From: Phoronis australis
Taxonomy: Eukaryota > Animalia > Phoronida
NCBI GenBank assembly: GCA_002633005.1
Contig: NMRA01000446.1
Location: 40,926 to 104,925, forward strand
DNA length: 64,000 nt
Reading direction: 5' to 3'
Shown: positions 12,479-25,409 of the stretch, piece after piece
How the letters are laid out: each line of letters opens with the position of its first letter
Numbering within the stretch: position 1 is the first letter of the stretch
Program-made: the position numbers and the translations under genes
Notes under the pieces: model-generated
Told to the model about the DNA's origin: nothing
Seen by the model: only the letters and a program-made list of their open reading frames with translations
The model's database searches: none

Positions 12479-13166
12479 ATTCCTTAGATATAATGTTTCA
12501 AATTTAGACAAATTTGGACAGTTTTCTAGGATCCTATATTAAGATGACAAATCAAAGGACAGTCATTATGTAAACGAAAAAGCCTAGTGGCCTTTGTCAA
12601 AAACATCTATGTTCAAAGCAGGGCTCATTAGATAAATGAAACTTTCTAGTACTAAGCTTATTTAGTGACACATTCATCTGTGTCGTTAATGATTTTTCTA
12701 CCATCGGCTTTCCTTTGCCATATTGTATAATCAGTAGTGCGCGATGTCACCTGTCATTAAATTAAATTTATACATTAAGTTCGTTCACCTAGGTACTCGA
12801 GTTAATGTCCTTTGATGCCCATGTAGCTATGATTATCAGAGGCTACAATTGGAGACTGCAAAGAAGGGTTCTAGTTCCAATAGGCCTACTCGTGTGCCAA
12901 TAACAGATCGTTTTCTTTGAAGTACATGCATGGTCAAATTCAAAAGCCGCATTTGTCTTTCTCACTAATTGTGCCGCTGATATTCCAAATGAATACATTT
13001 GTTCCTACCCATTGACTTCAGTTGTTATCTTGGTGAAATGTATCTTATTATAACCTGTGTTCCTTAATCAATTTCTCCAAGTACAATGATTTTGAGCGTT
13101 TCCGAGTTTTAGTGAAATCTTCCATCAAGTTGCAATGCCCGGTTTAGCCCTTGCAGATCACCACGT

Positions 13167-13790
13167 GGGGATCGTCCTCTCGTTGCTTCCCTGCGTGCCG
13201 CTAGGTGGGGCGGTAGCCGCGCCAGCACGCAGGTATCACTTAATTTTCCTCGGTAAATTTTTACACCGGCGTTTCTAATTGGCTAGTTGAATTCTCAACA
13301 GGCAGCGCTTTACGCAAACAAACTGGCATGACTGATGGACAGAACTGTAATTGTGGTCTGTTGCACTGACAAACCGGTGATTAAAATTTATGTTCATGAA
13401 ATGTGACGCCAAGAAATTGTGATTACGTCTTTTGAGAATGCATCTTTCTACTGTCGATGACTTTTGTTTACGATAGTGGCCTGTATTCATACAGTATGAA
13501 TAACAAACCGGTTAAATCGGCCAGATATGTGTTCAGTATAGATTTTGTAGTACATGTATGTGCTTCAAGCACGCGGCTATTAAACATCACTGCAGAAACG
13601 AATTAGTTGCTGTGTCGCCACTTGCATGACAAGGCTAAAAATCGCTCACAGTCCGCCATTTTTTCCCGTTGTTGTAAAGCTAACCAATGACTGCTGAGGT
13701 TATATCGACCAATGCTAAAGCGCGTGCCATTGCGTGATACCTGCGTGCTGGCTGGGCTAAGCACGCAGGGAACCAGCGAGGGATCGTCCC
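13167..13790. mobile_element. non-autonomous element with imperfect terminal inverted repeats
   Basis: Left TTCCCTGCGTGC...GCCAGCACGCAGGTATCAC (13187-13239) is inverted relative to right GTGATACCTGCGTGCTGGC...GCACGCAGGGAA (13734-13772). Confidence 0.6.
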
Positions 13791-15962
13791 TAGAATAATC
13801 ACTTGTATAGCTTCTACTAGAGGAACATTATACCCAGCGTCATATGTACAAATCTTGATTGAAGAATGCCGATCAAACTTAGCCAATATTGCTCAATGCG
13901 AGGATTGCTAAGACTGCGAAAGAGTTCAAGCTTTTGGAATTAAATTTAAAGAAAAACGTGTCGTCGTGTGGTGAGTGTAGGGAAATTCTTAGTTATAAGT
14001 GTTTCAATTTGTGTGAAAACTTCCTAAACGTAAAAAGGTTCTGAATAAAACGTTTAATTTGGTAAGGGTGAATGATTTGGGAAACATCGTAAATGTTAGC
14101 TTATAAAGGTTAATTTGCAAAGGAAACGCCATGGTGCTGTTCCGTTCTTACATGATAGAAACGTGTAAAAAACATTCAACAGTTAGCTATTTTTAACTAA
14201 ATGCTAAGTGTCGGATTCAATTAAGCAAGACGTAAACGTTTGTCTAAAAATATAAAATCTTACCGTGGTAGCTGCTGTCTAAATTCTACCCTCTTTTGAG
14301 TCTAACACAAGTATAGATAATGCGATGTCAATCGCGGCTGTGCGATGGAGAAATAACAGAGTGAGTCTATAGACATTGGATGTTTGCCCGTATTGTTTCT
14401 TAAATTCACAAGGAAATCTAAATAAGACACGGTGTACATTTTATGGTGAGAGTAAATAAGTAGCATTTTACGAGTAGATAGCTGTTTACACTTTACTTCA
14501 GCATGGTGCTGTTATATTATACTGCGGATAACGTTACTAACCATGGATCCTTGGACATATAGATCAATAGCAGTCGGATATCGATATTTCGAGGAGTCTT
14601 TCATTAAACAGTGTTATACTTACATTACTTTCAACACTATTTGGTGACAATGAACGATAGTGGGATTATAACACAATAACGAGAACTTCTTCAATTTCAT
14701 TGCCACTTGCATAAGGCTTGTTACTAGAGCAACAACCGAGAGCGCGTCACCAACAGAGGTCGTGCTGCTCTCATGCATAGAAGATGCTAATTCGGAAATC
14801 TCGGTAAAATCAGAATACGAGTTTATACGTACGTTAATGTCGTTGATAATATTGAAACTTATACTGAACTAATATAATAATAGTTACAGTAACAGAGTTG
14901 GTAACAAGAACAGGCCTAGATAACTACTGGAATTAGTAAGTCATAATAGTAATCCAAGCTTTGAAAGCAAGTCAAATTTTTATTGAGCGTTGCTTAGGTA
15001 ATGTGACCATAACCTTGGGTTATCAAGTTTCAAAAAATAAGAGCAAGCGAGAATCGATGAGTGCGGCGCCTTGCACGCCCAGGAGATTTGTGAGATGCAA
15101 AGGCTTTTACCCATAAAGTGTTATGGGCAGCCGATCGCCTGTTTTGTCGTGAGTAGGCCTAGGTATATCGCTACATATCGGAGCTGGTGGGCCGGGGGAT
15201 TGAATCAGATTAGAGAGAATCTAGTGTGATTCTCGTTGGTTTGACTAAATTGAAAAGCAAAACAACGAGGCCCAGGTTACAATTAGAAGCACCGCCGAAG
15301 GATGTGCAGTGAGGTATCCTAACTGGAATACTAAGTTTAAATCTTAAGCACAAGCCGCCACGGTGATTTATTTTTACTTTAATTGAATTATTGGACATCG
15401 GGGACGGTGTCGCCCAAAATGACGTTAGTGGTTAATTTTAGAACGAATGTCTATGAAAAGCAACTAGCGATGAATTTCTGAAGCATGGTGTTAACCTTTT
15501 CATAGCTTCCGACAAAAATGCATTCAACTGGGAAAACACGCATGCATACATGGACATGTATGCCGTGGGTTAGACTCGCTTGATGTACATGTATGACTGA
15601 TTCCCATAGTGTGAAGAAAATTAAAATTAGCCAAGATTCATTGTACGTTCAGTCCCTGATTGATTTGAATTGCGGCTCACTCGAAATATGTAAGAATATC
15701 CCCCCAAAACACCAATCCTAAAAATTGACCAATAAAAATGAAAAGAAATGAAACTTAATTTCGCGACACGGGAATCGACATTTTTATTGTTCGTGAATTG
15801 TCGTTTTTCACACCCTTAGCCCGGGACCAGTGATTTGAAACAACCCATGAAGAGTTATTTTATATTTTAAGCTGTCGTGAATTTTCAAACTAGAGGTAAT
15901 TCATGTCATAAGTGTGAACACGCACTGGGATTGGAAAGACGGGGAGGTTGGATGAATTTCCT

Positions 15963-16625
15963 TAGGGTAGGCCTACTCCCATACAGGGTGTGCCGTAGGG
16001 TAGGCCTACTTCCATACAGGATGTTCCGTAGGGTAGGTCTACTCCCATGCGGGATGTGCCGTAGGGTAGGCCTACTTCCATACGGGATGTGCCTTAGGGT
16101 AGGCCTACTCCTATACAGGATATGTGCCGTAGGGTAGGCTTACTTCCATACAGGAGTGCCGTAGGGTAGGTCTACTCCCATACAGAATGTGCCGTAAGTA
16201 GGCGTACTCCAATACAGGAGTGTCGTAGGGTAGGCCTACTTCCATACGGGATGTGCCGTAGGGTAGGCCTACTCCTATACAGGATATGTGCCGTAGGGTA
16301 GGCTTACTTCCATACAGGATGTGCCGTAGGGTAGGCCTACTTCCATACAGGAGTGCCGTAGGGTAGGTCTACTCCCATACAGGATGTGCCGTAGGGTAGG
16401 CCTACTTCCATACAGGAGTGCCGTAGGGTAGTTCTACTCCCATACAGGATGTGCCGTAGGGTAGGCCTACACCCATACAGGATGTGCCGTAGGGTAGGCT
16501 TACTCCCATACAGGATGTGCCGTAGGGTGGGGCTACTTCCATACAGGATGAGCCGTAGGGTAGGTCTACTCCCATACAGGATGTGCCGTAGGCCGGGGTA
16601 GGTCTACTCGCATACAGGATGTGCC
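15963..16625. repeat. 33-bp minisatellite, ~20 copies
   Basis: Consensus GCCGTAGGGTAGGCCTACTYCCATACAGGATGT with point variants and 1-3 bp indels. Confidence 0.95.
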
Positions 16626-17487
16626 ACTCAGGAGGGTGACTTTTTCGTAACTAGTTTCCCTGCGAAAGCTGGTCTTTTCTGAAAAATGTCTAACAAATGA
16701 GGCATGCTCGTAGCCAAAGGGTTTGGACGGGTACAAATGCACACAACACCCCGCTTCCTCCACCACAGGAGATGAGGTCCGCTCAAGGAACGGCCTAATG
16801 CCAGTTCAGATAAGGCTCAAACTGACAAACTGAGCCAGAACAATATCTCTTCTTAGCCACTAAAACTAAGAGCACCATTCAGCTTTTGCTCATAATTTCC
16901 AATAAATTGGGAAAATAAACATACTTCATACGCATGTATGTGACGTATATTACTAAACAACACTCCTGTATTACATACCAATTTTAGCTTTTTTAGAGTT
17001 CGACTATTTGATGACGTGTATGCTAAGAAATTCAGTGGGTAATAATCACGTACAGTGGTCCTGAAATTTGGAAACCAGTTTATAACTCGTTAATCATTGG
17101 AGAAACTGCTTCTCAAAATGCGGAATCCCTGTAAGTGACTATTATTTTTACAATCTAATGCTAGTAACCATGGCAGTTCTATTACTCTTTCCATTTCACA
17201 TTAGTAAAAGCCAAGAAAAGAATTTGACCGCTTTTCAATCTCAATGAAGTAACTAAGCACAACAATACAATCTGGCTCTCTGATTGGTCAAGTGGCAAAA
17301 ATGTGCATAACATTTTGTGCAACAAAAACACCTTTTTAAAAAAATGTGCAAGTGTAGACGTGGGAACTTTTTGGAATTTGATTTATAGGTATATTATCTA
17401 GACACATAGAAAAAACTAGGTTGCCTCCCCAAAGTACTCACAAGGATGAACGCTATGAGATCTGGCCCACCGACTATGCGGCAACGA

Positions 17488-17513
17488 CCCAAATCAGAAT
17501 ATTCTGATTTGGG
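17488..17513. repeat. perfect 26-bp palindrome inside a tiny TIR-bounded unit
   Basis: CCCAAATCAGAAT|ATTCTGATTTGGG; outer TCTGGCCCA (17461) / TGGGCCAGA (17510-17518). Confidence 0.9.
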
Positions 17514-17559
17514 CCAGAACAGTAACACGAAACGTCGAAGTGCGCACTGCAGATCTTAA

Positions 17560-18340
17560 ATGTAGCCAGCCAGCTAGCTGTTTGAAGACCGTCGCCAAAA
17601 TACAGCTACGTAACACTGTGAATAGAGCTACGATAGACCACGAAATTTCATACAGCCCGGAAATGAGTACTGTTAGTCACCTCGTCGTGAAATTTATATC
17701 GCAGAGCTAAGGACGGACGGGGTGCATGCAAACTCTGGGAGACAGGCCATCACTCACATTGCCCGTTGCCAGCAATTAAAGTCAGTGAAAAACAATCTAA
17801 TGAACGTCATTTAATAGCATAATTCTCCGCCTTTTGAGTTTTGTAACAAAGAAAGTCTGTTGTCGTTTTGAAAACAGTACGCTCGTGACACGCGCACGCG
17901 CCGTACTAAAATTTTGCGACATCTCTTGGGACATGGTGACAGCTTTGCAGCAGCAAAGTTTGTTCTAAAATTCGGTTTGTTGGTCTTAAGAATACTAAAA
18001 ACTTGTAACAAAATGAAACCAGTTCCGACAATTTTTTGTGACATGTACGCAACCTCGTGACAGCGAAGAACAGTTGATAGAAGAGTAAACGGGGGAAAAG
18101 AAACTGTTCAGGTCGGGTGACGTAATTGCCAAAAGCCGACTCACAAAAGCGCACTTCAATTTTAGCAGTAGATGAGGGGTAGAACGTCAATATTTCCAAC
18201 ACCGGTAAATAATTTGGTATACTTAAAGAAGAGCGGTGTAGCTTTTAATGACACTACTTTTGTTTCAGATATTCTTTAGTCATTTTTACCCACATCGACG
18301 CAAAGCTGTAGGTTTTGTAAACAGCTTTGCACCTAGTCTA
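17560..18340. repeat. dispersed repeat family A, copy 1
   Basis: Colinear similarity to 25410-26335; fragments also at ~22400-22540 and ~50290-50440 (shared motifs include CGCTCGTGACACGCG and CTAAAATTTTGCG). Confidence 0.8.
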
Positions 18341-18784
18341 GAAGAGATCTTGTTGATCGGGAATTTTGTCGCCAGTCCTTGTGGTAGATACGAATCTATT
18401 CCACGCACGGCACATGACGGGATCGATGGGGAAGGCATGCAAATGTATGCCATTTCCGCTGACATTGCTACACCCGTACACCACGCAACGTGGTATTTTA
18501 GCCCAGAGATGGACAAGTACAGAACATCCAAGAAATGGCACTCAGCTGTTACGCAGTGTGGCTTCCGGATAATTTCGTGGCCACGATGATGTCATGTGGA
18601 CCTCTTTACACCGATTGGTTGAGATTTTTTCTGGGGCCCTCAAAGGGGCTACGGATTATGAGCGGCGTAATTTGGGTCGCAAATAATTACTTTCTGTGGT
18701 ATGTAAGAAGCAAAAACAATATTTTTATGAACAATACTTGCATTTCTGGTGTCAAAAAGGTGTTTTAGTCGCTGGAGGCTATCT
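18341..18784 (-). mobile_element. Kolobok-like 5' end with THAP fragment, truncated by repeat family A
   Basis: Terminus ttaa|AGATAGCCTCCAGCG; minus-strand PRCVVYGCSN...LHAFPIDPVMCRAWNRFV is the N-terminal half of a THAP zinc finger (CxxxC, FP, W). Confidence 0.7.
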
Positions 18785-19716
18785 TTAATCAAATTTTGGA
18801 ATTTTCAAAACAATTGTTGAATTTCGGGTAGTTCACCAACAAAATGGCTCCCTTGTTGAAACGCAACCAACTTGACCTTTATGAATTGCCAGTAAAGACG
18901 CAAGTACATCCAAGCATGTAATTTATTAAACATTCCTATTTGGGTGATAAAAGTGCATCTTTCGAATCCCGAAACGCTTCGATGTGTTCTAAACTGGGAA
19001 TATAAAGGAAATGGTACCTTTAAAGGATCATGTCTTTTTATTCAATACCTTAAATAGAAATTAGGTAGTTGGGTACTCAATACGCAAACGATGCCTAAAA
19101 CCTTTCAACACCAAGGTAAAAGTTATTTCCATACATAAACACATCATTCATGATGTCACCAAGTAAAAGAAATGCCAAAAAGTCACGAGATGGCCAACCA
19201 ATCCAATTTTGGACCATTTCAAGCCATTGGCAGGTGACTTTCATTTGTTGGTAATTACAGCACCCTGAGGGTGACGTCGAGATTAGTCATGTGACTGAAT
19301 TTCGTGGTTCCGATGTTTATGTCGTAAATTATAAAGTGAATGAAAAGCACCTTCAACATTTCAAGTGACGTCATCTTTCTCAAACATTATTTTGTCACTC
19401 TCGTACTTCGACAAATTTGTTGTTAAAACCGTGTTCTTTCCATAAATAAATCAGAAGAGGTTCACTAGAATATGAAGAATGTTCTACTGAACCTGTAGGT
19501 TAAAAGTGCGAATTGTTTCCGTGCGTTAAATTTCTTGGAGACTGGGAACTAAGACAAAAGATGCATTGAGTAGCTGAAGTCGTTGGACACGAGTTGGAGA
19601 ATTAAAAGGCTAATATCGAAGCTAAACGGGTTTTGTATGTTAGCAATCTAAACGAATCACGACATTTGATCCGGACACAAAAATTCCCCAAAACTGTGGC
19701 TCCTTGCATTCATTAA

Positions 19717-19968
19717 CATGCGCGCACCCAGCTTAAAATATAGGGGGGCTCGAATTCTTCGACATGCGGTCCTCTTAGTGATAAATAAACGAGGACTAAA
19801 AAAGCGGCCACTAGGTTCAGGCCTGCCAATTCCGCGCCGAATTCCTGTGGTCTTTGTGGACTTTTGTCTCCTTTACTCGGACTTTTTGTTACACCGAGCC
19901 TTTTTGCCCAATTCGCCAAATTGGGGGGCTCGTTCGAGCCCCCCGAGTCCCCCCCGGGTGTGCCCATG
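19717..19968. mobile_element. MITE with 5-bp TSD (second family)
   Basis: TIR CATGCGCGCACCC / GGGTGTGCCCATG; TSD ATTAA at 19712-19716 and 19969-19973. Confidence 0.8.
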
Positions 19969-20833
19969 ATTAATAATAGTCACAAACAATTGCTGGGAGA
20001 GCAAAGCTGGAGGTCTGGTCATAAATTCGCACTTACTCGTTGCAATAGCTGGCTACAGGCCATCGAGTTCATCCTTGAAATAGTCTGGTATACTAATTTT
20101 TCAGCCCCTCGTCAAACATTTGGTCATACTCTCGTACAGCACTAGAAAAGACCAAAACTTGGAGATGACGGAAAATAGTGGTTAGGACGAAAAAAGAAAT
20201 CGACAATTTTACCTGCGTGAACACTGACGCTACTCCCCCTTCTAAAACTTTTCGACTATCTGTTACCAGAGGTTCGCCAACCTTCATGGGTGAACAAATG
20301 CTCCCTGAGTTTTGTGAAACTCGCCAGTATTACGTTGATCCAGCCAGAATGGAAGGTGAGTGTGGCCTCCAGCGTCTTAGTCCTACGCCCTGCACGTGAG
20401 AGATAAACGGATTCGATCTAAGTTTAGACAACTAAACAGTTCAGTCGTATTTGAAGTCCATGCACTTAGTGTAGCGCGCACAGCTTGAGACCTCACATTT
20501 TTGCAGACTTGGCAATCAAAAGTCGGCTCAGCGCACAATAATTGCTTGGACATTTACTTTAATTAATGGGAAGATGGCTAAATTAGTTACTCACTTGAGG
20601 TTAACAAATTGAAGGAGCGTTTTGATACGAGGGCGTCTAGAAATGATTGCTTGCAGACTCTCATCGAAATCAGAGTTGCAAGTGAAGAAAATTGATTTGC
20701 ACAGACGAAGTAGCGGAAGGAATCGATTCAGAACAAAAGACAACTAATCCGAGAGTTAAACCTCAAAAAGAAGTGACTTTTACGTGGGAAATACTCAATT
20801 ATATGTGGCGTTTCTTGATTTTTCGATGGAAAT

Positions 20834-20965
20834 CAGGGACGGATCTAGGATTTTGAGTTAGGGGGGCCAGGGCAGAGTATTAGCCAGGATTTTGCCCGTC
20901 TGACATTAGCCCCCGCCCGAGAATTTTAGGAGGGGCCATGGCCCCGTTGCTCCCCCCCTCCCTAT
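20834..20965. mobile_element. hAT5-like MITE copy 2, right end truncated
   Basis: Close match to 4173-4310 (GGATTTTGAGT..GGGGGCCAGGGCAGAGT.TTAGCCAGGATTTTGCCCGTC). Confidence 0.8.
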
Positions 20966-21258
20966 AAATATAGGTTGTACGTTATAAACTTCCGACTATC
21001 GCTATGCAAATCACTTTTTTCATCGTCGTTACGCATCAGTCTAAATGCAACTATTAGTAAACGCATTTGACAAGAAATTTAAGGCATTGTACAAGTATTA
21101 AGATGACATTAACAATACATTGGGTTGACAACCCATGTCGCGGAACTTGTTCGATACCGCCTCAGTTTCAAGGTTCGACATTTTGAATTAAAAGTTTCTG
21201 ACGAAAGTTCATTCACGAGCCAAAAAAGACTGTAGTCAATTGTAAAGGTTGAGGAATC

Positions 21259-21700
21259 CAGTGCCCGGTTGCATGAAACAGTCATAAATAGGGACTCAAC
21301 TAAGTTCCCTAAATCTACTGTGTATTTTTGGACTTGTGAAAATATCGATTGTCCTTTCTTTTATTATTTTAGTTTCATTACTAAGCCAACTTTTGATTTT
21401 TGATGCAAATCGAGAGTGGTCTTTGGGTTGAATTGTTAATATTTTCGAAAGTAATTAACGATCTTTTCATGCAACACCCCCAATTTAAGGACTGAGTCCC
21501 TATATATTTTCAATGAAGTCTGTGCTCAGTTTTTAGTTATACTATTAGAAAATGTCATTTAATCAGAGAAAAGCTCATAATCAAGATGAAATGATAGAAA
21601 AATATTGCATCTGTTAGTCCATATAGACACAAATACATAAAAAGACTTAGGGACCTTAGTTGAGTCCCTATTTGGGACTGTTTCATGCAACCAGCCACTG
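21259..21700. mobile_element. PIF/Harbinger-like MITE with ~55-bp TIRs
   Basis: GGTTGCATGAAACAGTC..AAATAGGGACTCAACTAAG at left is inverted at 21645-21697; CAG/CTG flanks. Confidence 0.8.
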
Positions 21701-22320
21701 AAGCCTAATAGAGTCTTGTGACACTGGGCACTACAAAACCATACGAGTAGCATGTATTACTTATCTTATGTGTGTAAACTTCACAACTTGAAAGCATTTG
21801 CTCATCAATTAAATCCAAAATGTGTCTAATCGATAGCCGAAACGTAGACAACACTGCGAAGAAACCGACTTTGTGTCGCAAACCACATTCAGTTTGAAGA
21901 GTGATATTGTTTCTATAGCAAATTTGAAAAAAAACGTCTTGTCGTTCGAATGTTGTTCAGAGCAAACGACCCCTCCAGCGAACCAATCCTTTGGCGGTGA
22001 AATAATAAATTGATAGAGAAAACGATATGAAAACAAACGATATCGGGTTTAGAATTTTGAATACACCACATCGGTCTTAACAAATCACTAGACTACACCG
22101 AGCGCATCCCGAAAGCTTTCAGTAGATCACCATCACGTAATTTAAAGGCACAGTGGTGCATCATGTTTTGTAAGCGTAAAATTCCATGATGCTGGGTTTC
22201 ACCCAACATTTCTTAATTATCACAAATCATCATCGGGACCCGGGGTCTTGTCTCGAAATTGAATTAGTCGAACTTCAAATTATTTTTGACATTTTCCGTT
22301 CTACAATTGCAGTACGAACT

Positions 22321-22371
22321 ACACACACACACACGCACACGCACACGCACTCGCACACGCACACGCACACA
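22321..22371. repeat. (CA)n/(CACACG)n microsatellite
   Basis: Direct reading of the sequence. Confidence 0.95.
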
Positions 22372-22862
22372 TAGGTGTTCACAATGTGCTCGAGCATTTA
22401 AATGGAGAACATTCAAATAAACGTCATTTTCTAGCATAATTTGCCGCCTTTTGTAGCTAAGAAAAATGTCATCCGTTTCAAATACAACACGCTCGTGACA
22501 CGGCGCCCGCGTAATTTCCTAAAATTTTGCGTGTCCCTTTGCAAGTGAGTTTCTAATCTACGTTCGCACTTGATGACCTCTATGGCTACAACGAAACCTG
22601 AAATCGTGTTGCAGATTGCGAGTTCAGACTCGAACTTATACCTTAAATGCCGATGTCATCAAGTACAAACCAGGAATTTAGACATTTATTTGCTTAAACC
22701 ATACTGGGTTCGAGCACCTGCCTTCAGTTTGTACTACAGTATACAGAGTGGGAAATGGAGTTTGGTTCTTAGATTAAACCACGGCTCGGGAGAGAAATGA
22801 AAAATTCTGTGCACATCCTCCATTGCAGCAAGTAGGCGCGAGTGGCCGGGCTGAAGCCTTAA

Positions 22863-22899
22863 AGCCCAGACCGAAGCAAAGTTTGCTTCGGTCTGGGCT
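22863..22899. repeat. 37-bp palindrome (18-bp arms, 1-nt centre)
   Basis: AGCCCAGACCGAAGCAAA-G-TTTGCTTCGGTCTGGGCT. Confidence 0.9.
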
Positions 22900-23002
22900 A
22901 GGGCCTCCATTGCGAGCTTTTGGGCACCAAGTCTTTACGTGCGCGTTGCTATCACGTGCCGTTACTGAGTGATCACCTGTCCGCCAGCAACGGAGCGTTT
23001 AA

Positions 23003-23505
23003 AGCTGCATTTCGCTCTGTTTAGCTGGCTGTGAATTTTAGGAAAATCGAATTAGTCCTGACTCTCGTAAAATCGGTTTCACAATTTTCCATACCGTGAT
23101 ACTTCCGTTACCAACAAGACCACCGAAACTATCGGCAACACAAGAACGGTTCAGAGTTTACTAGGGTGGCAGTGATAATTTAGGAACGCACCCTGCGGTG
23201 ACATTGGCGCAAAAGTAATTTCATAGACGCACTGCGATCGCATAAACGGGGTAAACGGGCCCAAATGAGAAGCAGCACAGAACAAATTGACGTGTAGGTC
23301 CTCCAAACTGGATCATGAGCCAGTTTATATGGGTCAATTTACCCATACCTATGTTTTTCTAAAATGATCCCTAGGTGGACAACTATAAAATTGCAAAGTT
23401 AGTAACTGAAATGGGATCCTATCAAAGTAAGGAATTTTACGGGACCAATCTTATGAGAGTAAAATGCCTATCAGGTTTTTATTTTAACCAGCTGAAGGCA
23501 GCATT
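23003..23505. mobile_element. TTAA-flanked (Kolobok-like) non-autonomous element
   Basis: ttaa|AGCTGCATTTCGCTCTGTTTAGCTGGCT, same terminus as 29089; right end is degenerate (CCAGCTGAAGGCAGCAttaa). Confidence 0.5.
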
Positions 23506-25186
23506 AAATCACACTCGTTACAAACCTGAAACGTATTCTGTATGTATTTTACGCACACTGGCACACATAATATTATTTAATACTCTGAATGAATTTAGTA
23601 GACTTCGCTGCCGCTTTTGATCCACAGTTTATGCCTCGAATCGAACTGACAAAATAGGAAAGACGCACACAAGATTTCCATACTGAGGGCAAGGAATGAA
23701 GTCTGATATTCACATTACACGAGAACGTACAAATGTCTCAGACTTAAATCGGTGTAAATTACCGATATTCCACATGAGACAAGCAAGCCGCAGTAACATT
23801 AACCTTTGATTTTAACTCACCTTGAAAACACTTGACGACATCGCAGCCGACTGAAATCTAAACTACGTGAATAAGCTTTGACAGCACGTATCCCTCGACA
23901 TCCATCGACAGCAAGTATCCCTCGACAGCGCATTACACGATCAGGGGTATTCTAATAATTGACGAGTTTAATATACGACCTGGCTCTTACGTTGAACAAA
24001 CAGTTGTCCGCTGTGCATGGATTCCCTCTATCTAGCATGAATGCGGGATCGATTTCACTTGACTTTTAAAATCGATGACTTACTTGAAAGACAGTTGTTC
24101 GTAAAGACACGAACAGACAACTTCAGAAATCATCGAGATTACTGGCTCGCGGTGTTAAAGTTGTCGCCCACACTATTTGGGTCTACAGATGTAAACGCAC
24201 GGCCCCACATCATACGGCCTGAAAACAATCAGAAAGGCTTAGCTCGCGGTCAATAGTGACTTATTGTTCCTTTTTGAAAACGACAGAAAAGTTTTGCCGG
24301 TGTTAAATAAAGCGTGCCAGCTCCATTGTGACTGTTCTAAATGGCAGAAAGCGCATGTTTTTGTTGTACACAACTTATGGTAACTTTCACAAGGTCAGAT
24401 GAGCGGCAGGTGTCGCTCAACGCGGATGTTGTGAGGTATAGCTTTGTGTCAATCTCAGTATGTTATGACAATTGACAGAAGGCCGATATTTCGCACATAC
24501 GCTAATAAATGTTAGGGCTGCTACTCGGCATTCGATTTCCATAAACATACTGCGCGTAAAAATTTAATGATTTCTCTTTAATTGAAATCGATCAATGTGT
24601 AACCTTTTTAGTCTACTACGGTACAGTATGACTTGGGACCTCATTGCGTTGTCATTAGCCTGCCTGACTGTAAAGAATAGGAATTAATACAAAAACTGGC
24701 ACAACGACGTGACATTGGATTTGTCACGCACATAAGGTCGAACACGTAACAACTCTAGTTACTATTGCTTTCCATTTGTTTTGTAAGGACTGTTTGATTA
24801 TCATAAAGCCCCGCACTCTTTTCCCATGGGTACACCTATATATGATTTATGTGGGACGTGCTATTCAGGGGGGTGACTTTTTACGCGAGTTTCAATACGA
24901 AATGATGTCTCTCTGATAAAATTGCCTTAAAACTGTTCACTCTCTGGAGTTCAGTATCTATGAAAAGCTCCATTCTCAAACTACAAACATGTAGGAAGTT
25001 TTTGGTTAATATTTTTTAAATATTATGCTCTAACGTTGCATTAATGGGTCAAAAATTCGGTTGTCCAAGATATCCCTACAAAAAGTTCAGGTTTCTGAAA
25101 TAAAAACCTACGAGGGGGTGACTTTTTCAGGGACTGGGTGAAGACTTTTTGAAATCAAACCAATGATGGAGAATCGTATTGTATTA

Positions 25187-25227
25187 CACGACGTTTCGCT
25201 TTAATACCTGTAAAACGTTTTCAGGTG
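25187..25227 (-). ncRNA. Penelope-type minimal hammerhead relic
   Basis: Minus strand reads CAC-CTGAAAA-C-GTTTTA caggtat TAAAGC-GAAAC-GTC-GTG: stem I, stem II, GAAAC and GUC site are present; G8 is changed to A. Confidence 0.55.
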
Positions 25228-25409
25228 AAACGGTGAATACATGTAAAGCATGCTTTATAGTCAATAAAACGAAACGACATGTTTAGTTACAATGAATTCC
25301 TTCATTATTGATACCCGGCATAGTAATCTTCCAGCTTTACCTCCTCGTCAAAAAATCAATCGAATATCCCCCGGGCTTGTTTCCCACGAGAAAGCCAGGC
25401 GACGTAACA

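Noticed and set aside
15200-15420. possible LTR-retrotransposon 3' end (PPT followed by TG)
   Set aside because: No second LTR, PBS or convincing integrase similarity found
15963-16625. CRISPR-like array, or repeat protein (ORF 15877..16137, RVGLLPY repeats)
   Set aside because: Units are head-to-tail with no unique spacers, there are no cas genes, the context is eukaryotic, and indels break the reading frame
17556-17580. left TIR partner for the Kolobok end at 18784
   Set aside because: The sequence is colinear with the interior of repeat family A at ~25410, so the resemblance is probably coincidental
22186-22374. His/Thr-repeat protein
   Set aside because: Translation of a (CA)n microsatellite
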